Below, in pieces: positions 1 to 15,929 of a stretch of 64,000 nt of DNA; within the stretch, counting starts at the first letter, position 1; the number at the start of each line of letters is the position of its first letter. The position numbers and the translations under genes are program-made. The stretch comes from an uncultured Gemmatimonadales bacterium (GTDB lineage: Bacteria > Gemmatimonadota > Gemmatimonadetes > Longimicrobiales > Longimicrobiaceae). Under the pieces are notes generated by a model. It was not told the DNA's origin. It did no database searches and saw only the letters and a list, made by a program, of their open reading frames with translations. Location: positions 5,216,001 through 5,280,000 of the forward strand of contig OY970303.1 in assembly GCA_963716255.1 (NCBI GenBank), read 5' to 3'.

Positions 1-161
1 TCTACCGAGTGTGGACCCGGGCCAGAATGTGGCTTGCATGACTTCATTGCCTGCATCGTACCAGGAAACAATTCGATAGACCACCGAGGTCAACAAAGCG
101 ACAAGGGCATGCGCTCTACTACCTCGCTAGCGCAACCGACTCGCCCGACTTCGAGGTGGCG

Positions 162-725
162 CTACTCCGACTCCTCCGCCCGCGCGGCGGCCAGCGCGGC
201 CCGCCCGTCATCCGGGTTGCGGCGGACGATGTCGGCGTTGAGGGCCGCGGCGAAGCTGGTCCACGCCAGGTACGGCGCCATCATCCAGCCCGCGGCGCGG
301 TCCACCCGCGCCGCCGCGAGCCCGTACGCGGCGACAGCCGGCACGAGCGACGCAACGTCCACCAGCGCGGCCCGCGGGCGGCGCGCGGAAAAGAAGATCG
401 GCGTCCACGCGGCGTTGATCGCGAGCTGCGCGCCCCACAGCGCCAGGGCGCGCGAGCGGTCCGGGCCGTCCGGCCGCTTCCACACGCGCCACCCGGACAG
501 GGCGATCATGGTGTAGAGCGCCGTCCATGCGACGGGGAAGACCCGCTTGGGCGGCGTCCAACGCGGCTTGTCCAGCCGGTCGTACCAGCGCATGGTCTCG
601 CCCGCGCGCGGGTTGCCCACCGCGCTCATCGCCGCCGCCGCGGTGACCGCCGCGGCGAACCCCAGCAGCGCCCAACCGGAGTTCCTCCGCTCCGCCGCCG
701 CCTTCCGTCTATGTGGTTGCCGCAT
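162..725 (-). CDS. tspO: TspO/MBR tryptophan-rich sensory protein (copy 1)
   Basis: Motifs WYDRLDKPRWTPP..VFPVAWTALY, QLAINAAWTPIFF and MAPYLAWTSFAAALN. ATG at 725 preferred over the longer start at 779. Confidence 0.92.
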   Translation of the reverse strand: MRQPHRRKAAAERRNSGWALLGFAAAVTAAAAMSAVGNPRAGETMRWYDRLDKPRWTPPKRVFPVAWTALYTMIALSGWRVWKRPDGPDRSRALALWGAQLAINAAWTPIFFSARRPRAALVDVASLVPAVAAYGLAAARVDRAAGWMMAPYLAWTSFAAALNADIVRRNPDDGRAALAAARAEESE

Positions 726-783
726 CGTCGCCCCCCGGAGTTCTGTGGAGGCTTTGCCGAACGCAACCCCCGTACCCACGAGG

Positions 784-817
784 CGAGGCCCGGTCCCCCG
801 CGTGAGACCGGGCCTCG
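784..817 (-). terminator. Perfect 12-bp hairpin downstream of the blue-copper gene (terminator or mRNA-stability element)
   Basis: CGAGGCCCGGTC (784-795) pairs with GACCGGGCCTCG (806-817), 10-nt loop. No U-tract. Confidence 0.5.
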
Positions 818-842
818 TGTGCCGCGCGGGGCGGGCGCGGGG

Positions 843-1328
843 TCAGCTCACGGTGAGCGTCCCCTTCATCCCCATGGGCGCGTGCGGGTCGCACTGGAAC
901 TTGTAGGTGCCGGGCGCCATGCCCACCACCTCGTCCACCACCTGGCCGGCGCCGGTGAGGTACTGGGTGGGCGCGGGGAGCCCTGCGATGCCGGGGTTGT
1001 CCGCCGCCGGCCACGACACGTTGTGCGCCGCGCCTCCGTCCGCCACGAAGTGCAGCACGTCGCCGGGCTTCGCGGCGACCTGCGCGGGCTCGAACTGCCC
1101 CGAGGCGCCCGCCTGCAGGGTGACCATGCGGATGGTGATGGTGTCTCCGGTGGCTGCGGCCGTGCCCGCCGGGGCTGCCGGCGCGGCGGGCGCCGCCGGC
1201 GCCGACCCGGACGGCTCGGACGAGGCGGACCCTGCCGAGCCGGAATCGCCGCCGCCGCCGCAGGCCGCGAGCAGGAGGAGCGAGAAGGTGGCGAGCGCCG
1301 GGCAGACGACGGTGCGTGTGCGGTGCAT
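843..1328 (-). CDS. Lipoprotein with a type-1 blue copper (plastocyanin/halocyanin/auracyanin-like) domain
   Basis: Lipobox LLLAA-C, a Gly/Ser/Ala/Pro linker, then HNVSW and YKFQCDPHAPMGMKGTLTV (His...C-x2-H-x4-M copper ligands). Confidence 0.9.
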   Translation of the reverse strand: MHRTRTVVCPALATFSLLLLAACGGGGDSGSAGSASSEPSGSAPAAPAAPAAPAGTAAATGDTITIRMVTLQAGASGQFEPAQVAAKPGDVLHFVADGGAAHNVSWPAADNPGIAGLPAPTQYLTGAGQVVDEVVGMAPGTYKFQCDPHAPMGMKGTLTVS

Positions 1329-1410
1329 GGGTCACGATGGTGTAGGTGGAACAGCTAGGGAACAGCCAGCGACGACGACGGTCCTCTCTCCCGTGGGCCC
1401 CAGCGTGGTG

Positions 1411-1546
1411 CCCGCGTGAGGGATTCCGGCCCGAAGGGGCGAGACCCGGCGGCGGTTTGCCGGGGCTCGACTCCGTTGCACACGGTTGTTTCGTGTGCTA
1501 CGGAGCCGAAGCCCGACCCCGGCGCAGCCGGGGGCACGCCCGAACC
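1411..1546 (+). repeat. Structured intergenic repeat, full copy 1 (candidate ncRNA or REP-like element)
   Basis: CCCGCGTGAGGGAT...CTCCGTTGCACACGGTTGTTTCGTGTGCTACGGAGCCGAAGCCCGACCCCGGCGCAGCCGGGGGCACGCCCGAACC. Homologous to 12019-12157 (-) and 25953-26103 (+). Confidence 0.9.
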
Positions 1547-1567
1547 CGCCTCAAAGCCGTTCGGAAA

Positions 1568-2656
1568 TCAGTACATGGGCTCCATGCGCACGTCCGCCGG
1601 GGGCGTGTTGGGGAGCGTCCGCATCAGGAACAGCCCCGCGAATGCCGCCACGTTGCCCAGCATCAGCCGCGCACGCCGCAGCTTCGCGCCCAGGCCGGAG
1701 TCCCCCGCCGACGCGTGCATCGCGCGCGTGTTCCCGGCCATGCGGTCCAGCCGCTCCCGGAAGCGCGGGTTGTCCACGTCCAGGGCCAGCGGGAACACCT
1801 GCCTCGCGATGTGCGTCGTCTTTCGGAACACCTCGAAGTCGTACTCCGTGGGTTCCCAGCCGATGGCCCGGTAGAACTCCTCGCGCAGGTGGTCGCGCAC
1901 GTACATGGTGCTGAACACGGCGAGCAGAAAGAACCGGATCCACAGCTTGTTGACCCCGCGCAGCACCTCCGGCTGCACCCGCATGAGGACGGCGAACGCC
2001 TCGCCGTGGCGGAACTCGTCGTTGCACCAGTTCTCGAACCAGTCGAAGATGGGGTGCACGCGGTACTCCGGGCTCTCCTGGATGCGCCGGAAGATGGTGA
2101 TGTAGCGCGCGTAGCCGATCTTCTCCGACAGGTAGGTGGCGTAGTAGATGTACTTGGGCCTGAAGAAGGTGTACTTCTTCACCTTCTGGAGGAACGACAG
2201 GTCCACGCCCACGTTCATCTCCTTGAGCGTTCCGTTGATGAACCCGGCGTGGCGCCCCTCGTCGCGGCTCATGGCCAGGAAGAGCTCCTTTACGTCCGGG
2301 TTCTTCACCCGCTTCTGGATCTCGGCGTACAGGATGCAGCCGGAAAACTCGGCGGTGATGGAGGACACCAGGAAGTCGATGAACGCCTGCCGCGCCGGCA
2401 TGTCGGGGAAGTCGCTCTCGAACTCGGGCGTGCGGCGGAAGTGGGTGCGGTTGGGGTCGGCGCGGAACTCGGCAATCAGCGCGTCCCACTCCGTGCGCAG
2501 GGGAGAAACGTCGATCTTCTCCAGCGCGGCGAAGTCGGTGGTGTAGAAGCGCGGCGCCAGCATGGCGTCCTGCTGCGCCTGGCGCGTGGCCTCGTTGACC
2601 GGGCGGTCCAGCACGGCGGCGCCGCCCAGGGGCGCGGATGTCTGCACGGGATACAT
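1568..2656 (-). CDS. acsF: O2-dependent Mg-protoporphyrin IX monomethyl ester cyclase
   Basis: LAPRFYTTDF, TAEFSGCILY, SRDEGRHAGF, YATYLSEKIGYARYITI and WCNDEFRHG di-iron motifs. Confidence 0.97.
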   Translation of the reverse strand: MYPVQTSAPLGGAAVLDRPVNEATRQAQQDAMLAPRFYTTDFAALEKIDVSPLRTEWDALIAEFRADPNRTHFRRTPEFESDFPDMPARQAFIDFLVSSITAEFSGCILYAEIQKRVKNPDVKELFLAMSRDEGRHAGFINGTLKEMNVGVDLSFLQKVKKYTFFRPKYIYYATYLSEKIGYARYITIFRRIQESPEYRVHPIFDWFENWCNDEFRHGEAFAVLMRVQPEVLRGVNKLWIRFFLLAVFSTMYVRDHLREEFYRAIGWEPTEYDFEVFRKTTHIARQVFPLALDVDNPRFRERLDRMAGNTRAMHASAGDSGLGAKLRRARLMLGNVAAFAGLFLMRTLPNTPPADVRMEPMY

Positions 2657-2668
2657 GGCGATTCCTCC

Positions 2669-2998
2669 TCAGCCCTCGAAGCCCACGTCGTACAGCTCGT
2701 AGAACTCGCGCACGCCCCACACGCGCGTCCACCAGCGCCGCAGCGAGCTGGCCCGCCGCACCGTCGCGCGCGCGCGCAGCGTACGCCGCTCGCCGAAATC
2801 GATACGCGCGGGGGCGCCCTCCACCCGCACGGCGTCGCCGGGCTCCGGCGCTACGCCGTGCAGCTCCACGTGGGCGTGCAGGTGTTCATGCGTGCGCTCC
2901 AGGTCGATGTCGCAGGGGACGTGCACCGTCCGGCGGCGGACGAACCAGGCGGCGAGGAGGACCGCGGCGGCCGCGGCGGCGAGGAGTGCTGGAAGCAT
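2669..2998 (-). CDS. bciE: BciE-like small protein (AcsF auxiliary subunit) with an N-terminal hydrophobic segment
   Basis: 109 aa directly upstream of acsF. VPCDIDLERTHEHLHAHVEL..PGDAVRVEGAP..FGERR...ATVRRAS..RRWWTR...FYELYDVGF resembles the small conserved puhC-acsF ORF of purple-bacterial clusters (recalled, not searched). Confidence 0.7.
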   Translation of the reverse strand: MLPALLAAAAAAVLLAAWFVRRRTVHVPCDIDLERTHEHLHAHVELHGVAPEPGDAVRVEGAPARIDFGERRTLRARATVRRASSLRRWWTRVWGVREFYELYDVGFEG

Positions 2999-3035
2999 CG
3001 GGGTGCCTCGGCGTGGAAGGGGAGCCCTGTCCCGG

Positions 3036-3076
3036 TGTAAACCCCCGACGACAGCAATTGTCAGGATTGATTTACA
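3036..3076. promoter_or_regulatory. Tandem PpsR/CrtJ boxes upstream of bciE-acsF
   Basis: TGTAAACCCCCGACGACA (3036-3053) and TGTCAGGATTGATTTACA (3059-3076), both TGT-N12-ACA, in an AT-rich island. Confidence 0.88.
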
Positions 3077-3086
3077 CTTTAATGTG

Positions 3087-3554
3087 TCAGGTCCCCACGA
3101 GCAAGAGTTTCGCGAACGCCGCCCGGTTGTCGGGACCGTAGGCCGCCAGGTCCAGCACCACCCCCGTGGCCGGGTCCTCCAGGGTGAGCCGCCCGTCCCG
3201 CCAGCGCGCCAGCCGCACGGGCACGTCCGGACCCACCCCACGCTTGCGCCGCTCGAACGCCAGCCCCCGCATGGCCCCGCGGACGAAGGTGTTGGACCCA
3301 GGCTCCACCACGCCCGCCACGGCGCCCGTCGTGGCGTCGGTCACCACGATGCCGCCGTCTGCGCGGTCGGCGAAGCGTAGCTCGCGCGCGGCTTCTGTCT
3401 GCGCCGGGGCGGGCGCGGCGATGCGCGTCGCACCCGTGTCGCTCACCCGCGCCGTGAGCGCCAGCGCCACCGCCAGCGCGATCAGCGCCGCCGCGGACAG
3501 CAGCATGGGCCTGGGCACCCGCATGGCCTGGGGCTCTTCCTCGAACTCGATCAT
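3087..3554 (-). CDS. puhC: Photosynthetic complex assembly protein PuhC
   Basis: One TM helix, then LRFADRADGGIVV, FVRGAMRGLAFERRKRG and GRLTLEDPATG..LDLAAYGPDNRAAFAKLL. RBS GGAGG before ATG 3554. Confidence 0.92.
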   Translation of the reverse strand: MIEFEEEPQAMRVPRPMLLSAAALIALAVALALTARVSDTGATRIAAPAPAQTEAARELRFADRADGGIVVTDATTGAVAGVVEPGSNTFVRGAMRGLAFERRKRGVGPDVPVRLARWRDGRLTLEDPATGVVLDLAAYGPDNRAAFAKLLLVGT

Positions 3555-3597
3555 CTCCACCTCCCGTGTGGCTCGTTCTCCCGGTCCGCCGGTGCGC

Positions 3598-4248
3598 TCA
3601 CGAGGTGCGCGCCAGCGCCGGGCTCGCCGCCGCTTCGCGTGCGGGCGCGGGCGCGGGGACCACCGCGCGGTCCGTGCACGCGGCCACGGCCTCGCGCAGC
3701 AGCGCGCCCACGCGCTCCGGCTCGCGAATGCAGCGCAGCGCCGGCTCGGCGGGGTCGAAGCGCCAGGGGCGGGCGTGCGGCCAGAGGAGGAACCAGGCGA
3801 GCCGGTCGTCGCCCTCCAGCGCCAGCGCGAGGTCGCCCGTGCCGCCTCGCCGCGGCCGCAGCGCCGCGGAGGCCACCCCGGCCAGCGGGACGTTGACGAC
3901 GGCGGGGACCACGATCCCCACGCGCATCACCAGCCGCCGGTCGGTGAGCGCGTACACGGTGGTGCGCGCCGTGAGCACGGCCATCAGCGCCGCGATCCCC
4001 GCCGCGGCCAGGAAGGCGGCGCCCAGCGTCGCCGCGCCCACCGCGAAGAAGGCCAGCGGGCGCGGCTCGTCCGCCGCCAGCGCGGCGCGCCAGCCCAGCA
4101 GCAGCCCGAAGTACACGGCCAGCTTGCGCACGTGGAACACGTGCACGGCCAGCGAGCGCGCGTCCGGCGCGCCCTGCCAGCGCACCCGCTCCCCGGGTGG
4201 GAGCGGGGCCTCGATGCCGCGGATGCGCTCGCCCGGCGCGGCGCTCAC
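3598..4248 (-). CDS. puhB: Photosynthetic complex assembly protein PuhB
   Basis: LPPGERVRWQGAP..SLAVHVFHVRKLAVYF, TTVYALTDRRLVMRVG and LWPHARPWRF..EPALRC. GTG start overlaps the upstream stop. Confidence 0.92.
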   Translation of the reverse strand: MSAAPGERIRGIEAPLPPGERVRWQGAPDARSLAVHVFHVRKLAVYFGLLLGWRAALAADEPRPLAFFAVGAATLGAAFLAAAGIAALMAVLTARTTVYALTDRRLVMRVGIVVPAVVNVPLAGVASAALRPRRGGTGDLALALEGDDRLAWFLLWPHARPWRFDPAEPALRCIREPERVGALLREAVAACTDRAVVPAPAPAREAAASPALARTS

Positions 4249-4772
4249 AGGAGGGGCTCCGCGCGCGAGGGATCGGCCCACAGGTAGCCGCCCGCGTAGT
4301 AGGCCATCACCTGGTCTTCCTCCCGCAGGGTGACCACGTCCGGGCTCGCGATCCCGGGCACGTCGGCGAAGTGCGCGGCGTGGATGGCCTTGACGCGCAC
4401 CTGACGCTCCCGCGCCCGCACCTTCGCGAACCCGTGGGGGAGGAGCACGCGCCGCCCGCCGGCCGCGAGCTCCACCTCGTAGTAGCGCACCTGGGGCTCG
4501 GCCGTGTCCACCCACACCTCCGCGACGATGCCCGCCACCACGCCGTCGCCGCCCAGCACCGTCATGCCGCGCGGGTCGGGGCCGCGCGGGTCCAGCGAGA
4601 ACCCCGGCGCGGCGCGCAGCGGGCGGATCTTGGGGGTGCCGTGTACGGTGTAGTCGGGGAGCGGCGCGCGGCGCGCCCACGAGGCGGGGCCCGCGTCGGA
4701 AAGCATCGGGATGGCGGCGGCCGGCTCGGCGGGGGCGCCGGGGAAGGACCCGGGGACGACGGTGCCGCTCAT
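4245..4772 (-). CDS. puhA: Reaction centre H subunit, cytoplasmic PRC-barrel part (H2)
   Basis: [45 protein letters not shown] and FADVP...[18 protein letters not shown]. Confidence 0.92.
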   Translation of the reverse strand: MSGTVVPGSFPGAPAEPAAAIPMLSDAGPASWARRAPLPDYTVHGTPKIRPLRAAPGFSLDPRGPDPRGMTVLGGDGVVAGIVAEVWVDTAEPQVRYYEVELAAGGRRVLLPHGFAKVRARERQVRVKAIHAAHFADVPGIASPDVVTLREEDQVMAYYAGGYLWADPSRAEPLL

Positions 4773-4996
4773 GATGCGTCCTCCTCGTCACGGTCGCGCT
4801 GCGGGTAGCGGTCGCTGAAAAAGAGCTTCTGGCCCGGCATGGGGGGCCACCCCTGCACGCGGATGCGGCGCCCGTCCGGGTCCAGGGGGTAGCCCTCGCG
4901 CTTGTCCTCCCGGCGCAGGTAGTAGACGAGCCCCGCGAAGAACAGCCAGAACGCGTACAGCAGGACCTGCGCGAAGTCGATGTTGCTGGTGATCAC
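4769..4996 (-). CDS. puhA: Reaction centre H subunit, N-terminal transmembrane part (H1)
   Basis: [45 protein letters not shown] before GTG 4996. ATGA stop/start overlap with H2. Confidence 0.9.
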   Translation of the reverse strand: MITSNIDFAQVLLYAFWLFFAGLVYYLRREDKREGYPLDPDGRRIRVQGWPPMPGQKLFFSDRYPQRDRDEEDAS

Positions 4997-5064
4997 GGCC
5001 ACCTCCGCGGCGTGGGTGGGACATCGTTCCTGCCGACTGCTTCCTGCAACGGTTCCTAACTGCG

Positions 5065-5099
5065 GGTTCGGGCGTGTTCCCGGCTGCGCCGGGGTCGGG
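5065..5099 (-). repeat. Partial (3' end) copy of the structured repeat, between lhaA and puhA
   Basis: Reverse complement reads CCCGACCCCGGCGCAGCCGGGAACACGCCCGAACC, followed by CGCAGTT. Confidence 0.75.
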
Positions 5100-5151
5100 G
5101 GAGGGGGCCGCCGTCGCAGGCTGTCCCCCGTAACCTGTCCCCTGCCGTTCC

Positions 5152-6582
5152 TCACCCCGGCATCTCCGCCATCCCGAACGATCCGGACGCGGCGCGCTCC
5201 CCGCGCGGCGCGGCCAGCGGGCCCACCACCGCCAGCGCGGTGAAGAGGAGGCCCAGCTCCAGCTGGTAGACGATGCCGTAGGCGTCGGCCGGGGACGACA
5301 GGCCGGGGCCGAGCGCGCCCGTGGCACCCACGTGGGCGACGGCGTCGCGGAGCAGGCCGCCCAGGGCGAGGGCGAGGCCGGCGCAGGTGGCCTGCACCGA
5401 GCCCCAGGCCCCCACCGCCAGCCCGGAGCCGGCGCGGCGGTCCATCCCCATCGCCAGCGTCAGCGTCCCCACGGAGAACATACCGCCGCCGAAGCCGATG
5501 CACGCCGTCCCCGCGCGGAACACGGTGGCGGAGCCCAGCGGCGAGGCGAAGATCACCGCGGTGAAGCCGGCCACCCCGGCAAGCATCCCGCAGGCGGCCA
5601 GGCGCGCCGGGTCGCCGCCGCGCGACAGGGCGCGGGCGGAAAGCGCGAAGGCGGCGATCGCCCCGGCGGCCATCAGCGCGGTGAGCAGGGTGGTGGCGGC
5701 GACCCCCAGGTGGAGCACCTGGCCGCCGTAGGGCTCCAGCAGCGCGTCCTGCATGCTGAAGCCGGCGGTGCCCAGCCCCACACCCACCAGCAGGCGCTTC
5801 GCCCGGCGGTCCCCCGCGAAGGCGCGCCAGGCGGCCAGGAACCCCGGCCGGGGCGCGTCCGGCGCGAGCGGGAGGGCGGCCCCGCGCGGCTCCTGCTTCC
5901 AGAGCGCCAGGAGGTTGAGCGCCACCGTCACCATGGCCGAGCCCTGCACCACCTGCACGAGCCGCGTGTGGGAGAAGTCCGCCAGCAGCCGCCCGAAGGC
6001 CAGCGAGCCCAGGAGCATCCCCGCCAGCAGCATCAGGTAGAGCAGGGCGACCACGCGCGGGCGGGAGCGCTCCGGCGCCAGGTCGGTCGCCAGGGCGAGG
6101 CCGGCGGTCTGCACGGTGTGCGAGCCGGCACCCACCAGGAGAAAGGCCGCCGCCCCGCCCAGGACCCCGGCCAGGCGCTGGTCCGGGCGCTCGCCGGTGA
6201 GCAGGATCAGCGAGAAGGGGAGGATCGCCAGCCCGCCGAACTGGAGCATCGTCCCGGTCCACAGGAAGGGGACCCGGCGCCACCCCAGCACGGAGCGGTG
6301 TATGTCCGAGCGGAAGCCGATCAGCGCCCGGAGCGGCGCGAACACCAGCGGCAGCGCCAGCATGGCCGCCACCAGCCCGGCGGAGACGCGCAGCTCCACG
6401 ATCATCACCCGGTTCAGCGTCCCGGCCAGCAGCGCCGCCGCCATCCCCACCGTCACCTGGAACAATCCCAGGCGCAGCAGACGGGGGAGGGGGAGCTCCG
6501 GCGTGGCGGCGTCCGCGAAGGGGAGCCAGGCCGTCCCCAGGCGCATCCACCCGCGCGCCGCCAGGTCGCCCGCGCGGCTCAT
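5152..6582 (-). CDS. lhaA: LhaA/PucC-family (BCD MFS) light-harvesting complex assembly protein
   Basis: [59 protein letters not shown] and [13 protein letters not shown]. Lies between bchM and puhA. Confidence 0.93.
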   Translation of the reverse strand: MSRAGDLAARGWMRLGTAWLPFADAATPELPLPRLLRLGLFQVTVGMAAALLAGTLNRVMIVELRVSAGLVAAMLALPLVFAPLRALIGFRSDIHRSVLGWRRVPFLWTGTMLQFGGLAILPFSLILLTGERPDQRLAGVLGGAAAFLLVGAGSHTVQTAGLALATDLAPERSRPRVVALLYLMLLAGMLLGSLAFGRLLADFSHTRLVQVVQGSAMVTVALNLLALWKQEPRGAALPLAPDAPRPGFLAAWRAFAGDRRAKRLLVGVGLGTAGFSMQDALLEPYGGQVLHLGVAATTLLTALMAAGAIAAFALSARALSRGGDPARLAACGMLAGVAGFTAVIFASPLGSATVFRAGTACIGFGGGMFSVGTLTLAMGMDRRAGSGLAVGAWGSVQATCAGLALALGGLLRDAVAHVGATGALGPGLSSPADAYGIVYQLELGLLFTALAVVGPLAAPRGERAASGSFGMAEMPG

Positions 6583-7301
6583 GCGCGCACCAGCTCCACG
6601 GCCTGCGAGGTGTAGAACGCCGCCGAAACCCGCTCGCTGCGCTCCCAGCGCCACCCCGCGAGCCCCGGGTGCTCCGCCACGGCGCGGCGCAGCGCCCGCT
6701 CCGCCACCGGCTCCACCGCCGGCGCGCGGCTCCCCCGCGGGAAGAGGCGCCCCGCCGCGTGCGCCGCCGCCAGCAGCGGCGTCCGCGGCACGAAGGTGAA
6801 GACCATGGACCCGGACACCCGCGGCGCCAGCTCCGCCAGCGCGTCCACCGCCTCCCGCGCCCCGTAGTGGATCAGCGAGTCCATCGCCACCACGTGCTCG
6901 AACGCGCCCAGCGACGGGTCCAGCATGTCCCCCGCGACCCAGTCCACCCGGTACGCTTCCACGTCGGCCGGGAGCCGCACACGCGCGATCTCCACCAGCG
7001 TTGGCGACAGGTCCACCGCCGTCACCCGGGCCCCCCGTCGCGCCAGTTCCACCGCCAGCAGCCCCGTCCCGCACCCCGCGTCCAGCACCCGCCGCTCCTG
7101 GAGCACCTGCGGCAGCCACGAAGCCACCACCCCCCGCATACGCGCCCGCCCCGCCCGCACCCGCGCCCGGATCCGCCCCAGCGGCGCGTCCGACGTGAGC
7201 ACCACCCACGCGTCCGCCGCGGTGCGGTCGAAGTACTCCCGGATCTGCGCCCGCCGCGCCAGGTACGCGGCCGCCGTGGGCAGGGCAGGTGCTTCAGGCA
7301 T
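6579..7301 (-). CDS. bchM: Mg-protoporphyrin IX methyltransferase
   Basis: [35 protein letters not shown] and FYTSQAVEL. Confidence 0.96.
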   Translation of the reverse strand: MPEAPALPTAAAYLARRAQIREYFDRTAADAWVVLTSDAPLGRIRARVRAGRARMRGVVASWLPQVLQERRVLDAGCGTGLLAVELARRGARVTAVDLSPTLVEIARVRLPADVEAYRVDWVAGDMLDPSLGAFEHVVAMDSLIHYGAREAVDALAELAPRVSGSMVFTFVPRTPLLAAAHAAGRLFPRGSRAPAVEPVAERALRRAVAEHPGLAGWRWERSERVSAAFYTSQAVELVRA

Positions 7302-7360
7302 GGCCCCCGTCACCGTTGAAGTTTCGTATTGCGTACTTCGTACTGCCTTTCGCCGCCGGT

Positions 7361-11994
<4,634 letters not shown>

Positions 11995-12018
11995 CGGTCT
12001 CCGTTTGCCGGACTGCAT

Positions 12019-12157
12019 GGTTTGGGCGTGCCCCCGGCTGGCGCCGGGGTCGGGCTTCGGCTCCGTAGAGCAGCAAACGACGCTGCTCAACGGAGTCGAG
12101 CCCCCGCGAAACTGCCCGCGGGGTCTCGCCCCTCCGGGCCGAAATCCCTCACGCGGG
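12019..12157 (-). repeat. Structured intergenic repeat, full copy 2 (between bchB and bchH)
   Basis: Reverse complement reads CCCGCGTGAGGGATTTCGGCCCGGAGGGGCGAGACCCCGCG...CTCCGTTGAGCAGCGTCGTTTGCTGCTCTACGGAGCCGAAGCCCGACCCCGGCGCCAGCCGGGGGCACGCCCAAACC. Confidence 0.9.
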
Positions 12158-12190
12158 TTCGAGCTGGCGTCCGCCGGGCCCCACCCGTCG

Positions 12191-13870
12191 TCACCTCCCG
12201 AAGTGCGCCTTGGCGTCGTACAGCGTTTCCACCGACACCAGCTCGATCCCGCGCTCCGCCGCGAAGCGCTCCGTGTTCCGGCGCGCCTTGCCGCGCACGA
12301 AGAACGGGATCTTTCCCAGCTCCCTTTCCGCGTCCGCCGCCCAGCGCACCGCGCCGCCCGCCGTCCCGCCGGCCGACACGGGCACTCCCGACATCACCGC
12401 GTCGGGCATCGTATCGGCCGGCGTCGAGTCGTCCGCCGTTGCGGCGGAAGCCGCCGACACCTCCTGCACCGCCCGTCCACCACCCGAACCGCGCGCGGAC
12501 GGCGACAGCGTTTCCGCCGGGTGGATCGCCGCCAGGTGCGAGGGGAGCGCGCCGTCCGCGAACTCGAAATCGCCGCGGAACATCTGGAGGAGGTGCTCCT
12601 CCAGCCCCATCATCAGCGGGTGCACCCAGCTGTCGAAGATGACGTTGGCTCCCTCGGGGCCCATCTGCGGCGAGTAGCGGGCGGGGAAGTCCTGCACGTG
12701 CACCGGGGCCGAGATCACCGCGCAGGGGATCCCCAGCCGCTTGGCCACGTGCCGCTCCATCTGCGTCCCCAGCACCAGTTCCGGGGCCGCCGCGGCGATG
12801 GCCGCCTCCACGTCCAGGTAGTCGTCCGTGATGGTGGCCTCCACCCCCAGCTCCGCCGCCCTGGCCCGCACCTCCCGCGCGAACTCGCGGGAGTACGTCC
12901 CCAGCCCGCACACCGCGAAGCCCAGCTCCTCCGTGGCGATGCGCGCCGCGGCCAGCGCGTGCGTGGCGTCGCCGAAGACGAAGACGCGCTTGCCGGTCAG
13001 GTAGCCGGAGTCCACCGAGCGCGAGTACCAGGGGAGCCGCGACTGTACGACGCCGCGCGCCGCCGCCGGGTCCAGCCCCGCGAGCGCGGCGACCTCCGCC
13101 GCGAAGTCGCGCGTGGCGCCCACGCCGATGGGGACCGTGCGCACCAGCGGCTGCCCGAAGGCGCGCCGGAGCCACTCCGCCGCGGCGAGCCCCGTCTCCG
13201 GGTAGAGGACCACGTTGAAGTCCGCGTCCGGGAGCCGCTCCAGGTCGCCGGGGGAGGCGCCCAGCGGCGCGACCACGGCCACGTCCACGCCCAGCGCGTC
13301 CAGCAGCCGCGTCACCTCGGCCACGTCGTCGCGGTGGCGGAAGCCGAGTGCGGTGGGGCCCAGCAGGTTGCAGGCGGGGCGGCGCGCGGGGCCGCACGGG
13401 GGGCGCGGCGTCTCCGGCGGCGGGGCGTGCGGCCCGCACAGGGCGCGCACCAGGCGGTAGAAGGTCTCGCTCGCCCCCCAGTTCTCCTTCTTCTGGTAGG
13501 AGGGGAGCTCCAGGGGGATCACGGGAACCGGGAGGCCCAGCGCCGCCGCCAGGCCGCCGGGGTCGTCCTGGATCAGCTCCGCCGTGCAGGAGGCGCCCAC
13601 CAGCATCGCCTCGGGGCGGAAGCGTTCGTACGCCTCCGCCGCGGCGGCCTTGAACAATTCCGCGGTGTCGCCGCCCAGGTCGCTGGCCTGGAAGGTGGTG
13701 TAGGTGACCGGGGGGCGCTCGGCGCGCCGCTCGATCATGGTGAAGAGCAGGTCCGCGTAGGTGTCGCCCTGCGGCGCGTGGAGCACGTAGTGCACGCCGC
13801 GCATCGCCGTGGCCACGCGCATCGCGCCGACGTGCGGCGGGCCCTCGTACGTCCACACGGTGAGCTGCAC
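12191..13870 (-). CDS. bchB: DPOR subunit B
   Basis: (M)[38 protein letters not shown] and a C-terminal PCP_red domain ([15 protein letters not shown]). Confidence 0.97.
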   Translation of the reverse strand: MQLTVWTYEGPPHVGAMRVATAMRGVHYVLHAPQGDTYADLLFTMIERRAERPPVTYTTFQASDLGGDTAELFKAAAAEAYERFRPEAMLVGASCTAELIQDDPGGLAAALGLPVPVIPLELPSYQKKENWGASETFYRLVRALCGPHAPPPETPRPPCGPARRPACNLLGPTALGFRHRDDVAEVTRLLDALGVDVAVVAPLGASPGDLERLPDADFNVVLYPETGLAAAEWLRRAFGQPLVRTVPIGVGATRDFAAEVAALAGLDPAAARGVVQSRLPWYSRSVDSGYLTGKRVFVFGDATHALAAARIATEELGFAVCGLGTYSREFAREVRARAAELGVEATITDDYLDVEAAIAAAAPELVLGTQMERHVAKRLGIPCAVISAPVHVQDFPARYSPQMGPEGANVIFDSWVHPLMMGLEEHLLQMFRGDFEFADGALPSHLAAIHPAETLSPSARGSGGGRAVQEVSAASAATADDSTPADTMPDAVMSGVPVSAGGTAGGAVRWAADAERELGKIPFFVRGKARRNTERFAAERGIELVSVETLYDAKAHFGR

Positions 13871-13871
13871 G

Positions 13872-15778
<1,907 letters not shown>

Positions 15779-15929
15779 ATCAAGGATGGCGGAATACGAA
15801 AAGGTTGACAGCGGTTCCGCCGCTCCGCATGTATACCGGGCAACCCTGGCCAAACCTTGTACAGGATGTTTGCTCCAGGGGTTTGCGCTCTCCCGTAGTC
15901 CCTTCGCTTCTCCAGCCGGGAGGTGCGTC

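Noticed and set aside
796..806. Hairpin loop containing CCCGCGTGAG, identical to the 5' end of the repeat
   Set aside because: A 10-nt GC-rich match with no other part of the element could easily be chance.
1411..1546. The repeat as a cobalamin or other riboswitch, a tRNA, or a CRISPR array
   Set aside because: I see no B12-box or tRNA T/D-loop consensus, there is no repeat-spacer periodicity and no cas genes, and this copy is antisense to its flanking genes.
4245..4996. puhA as a frameshifted pseudogene
   Set aside because: There is a clean ATGA coupling with an RBS, both halves are conserved, and a split H subunit has precedent in Gemmatimonas.
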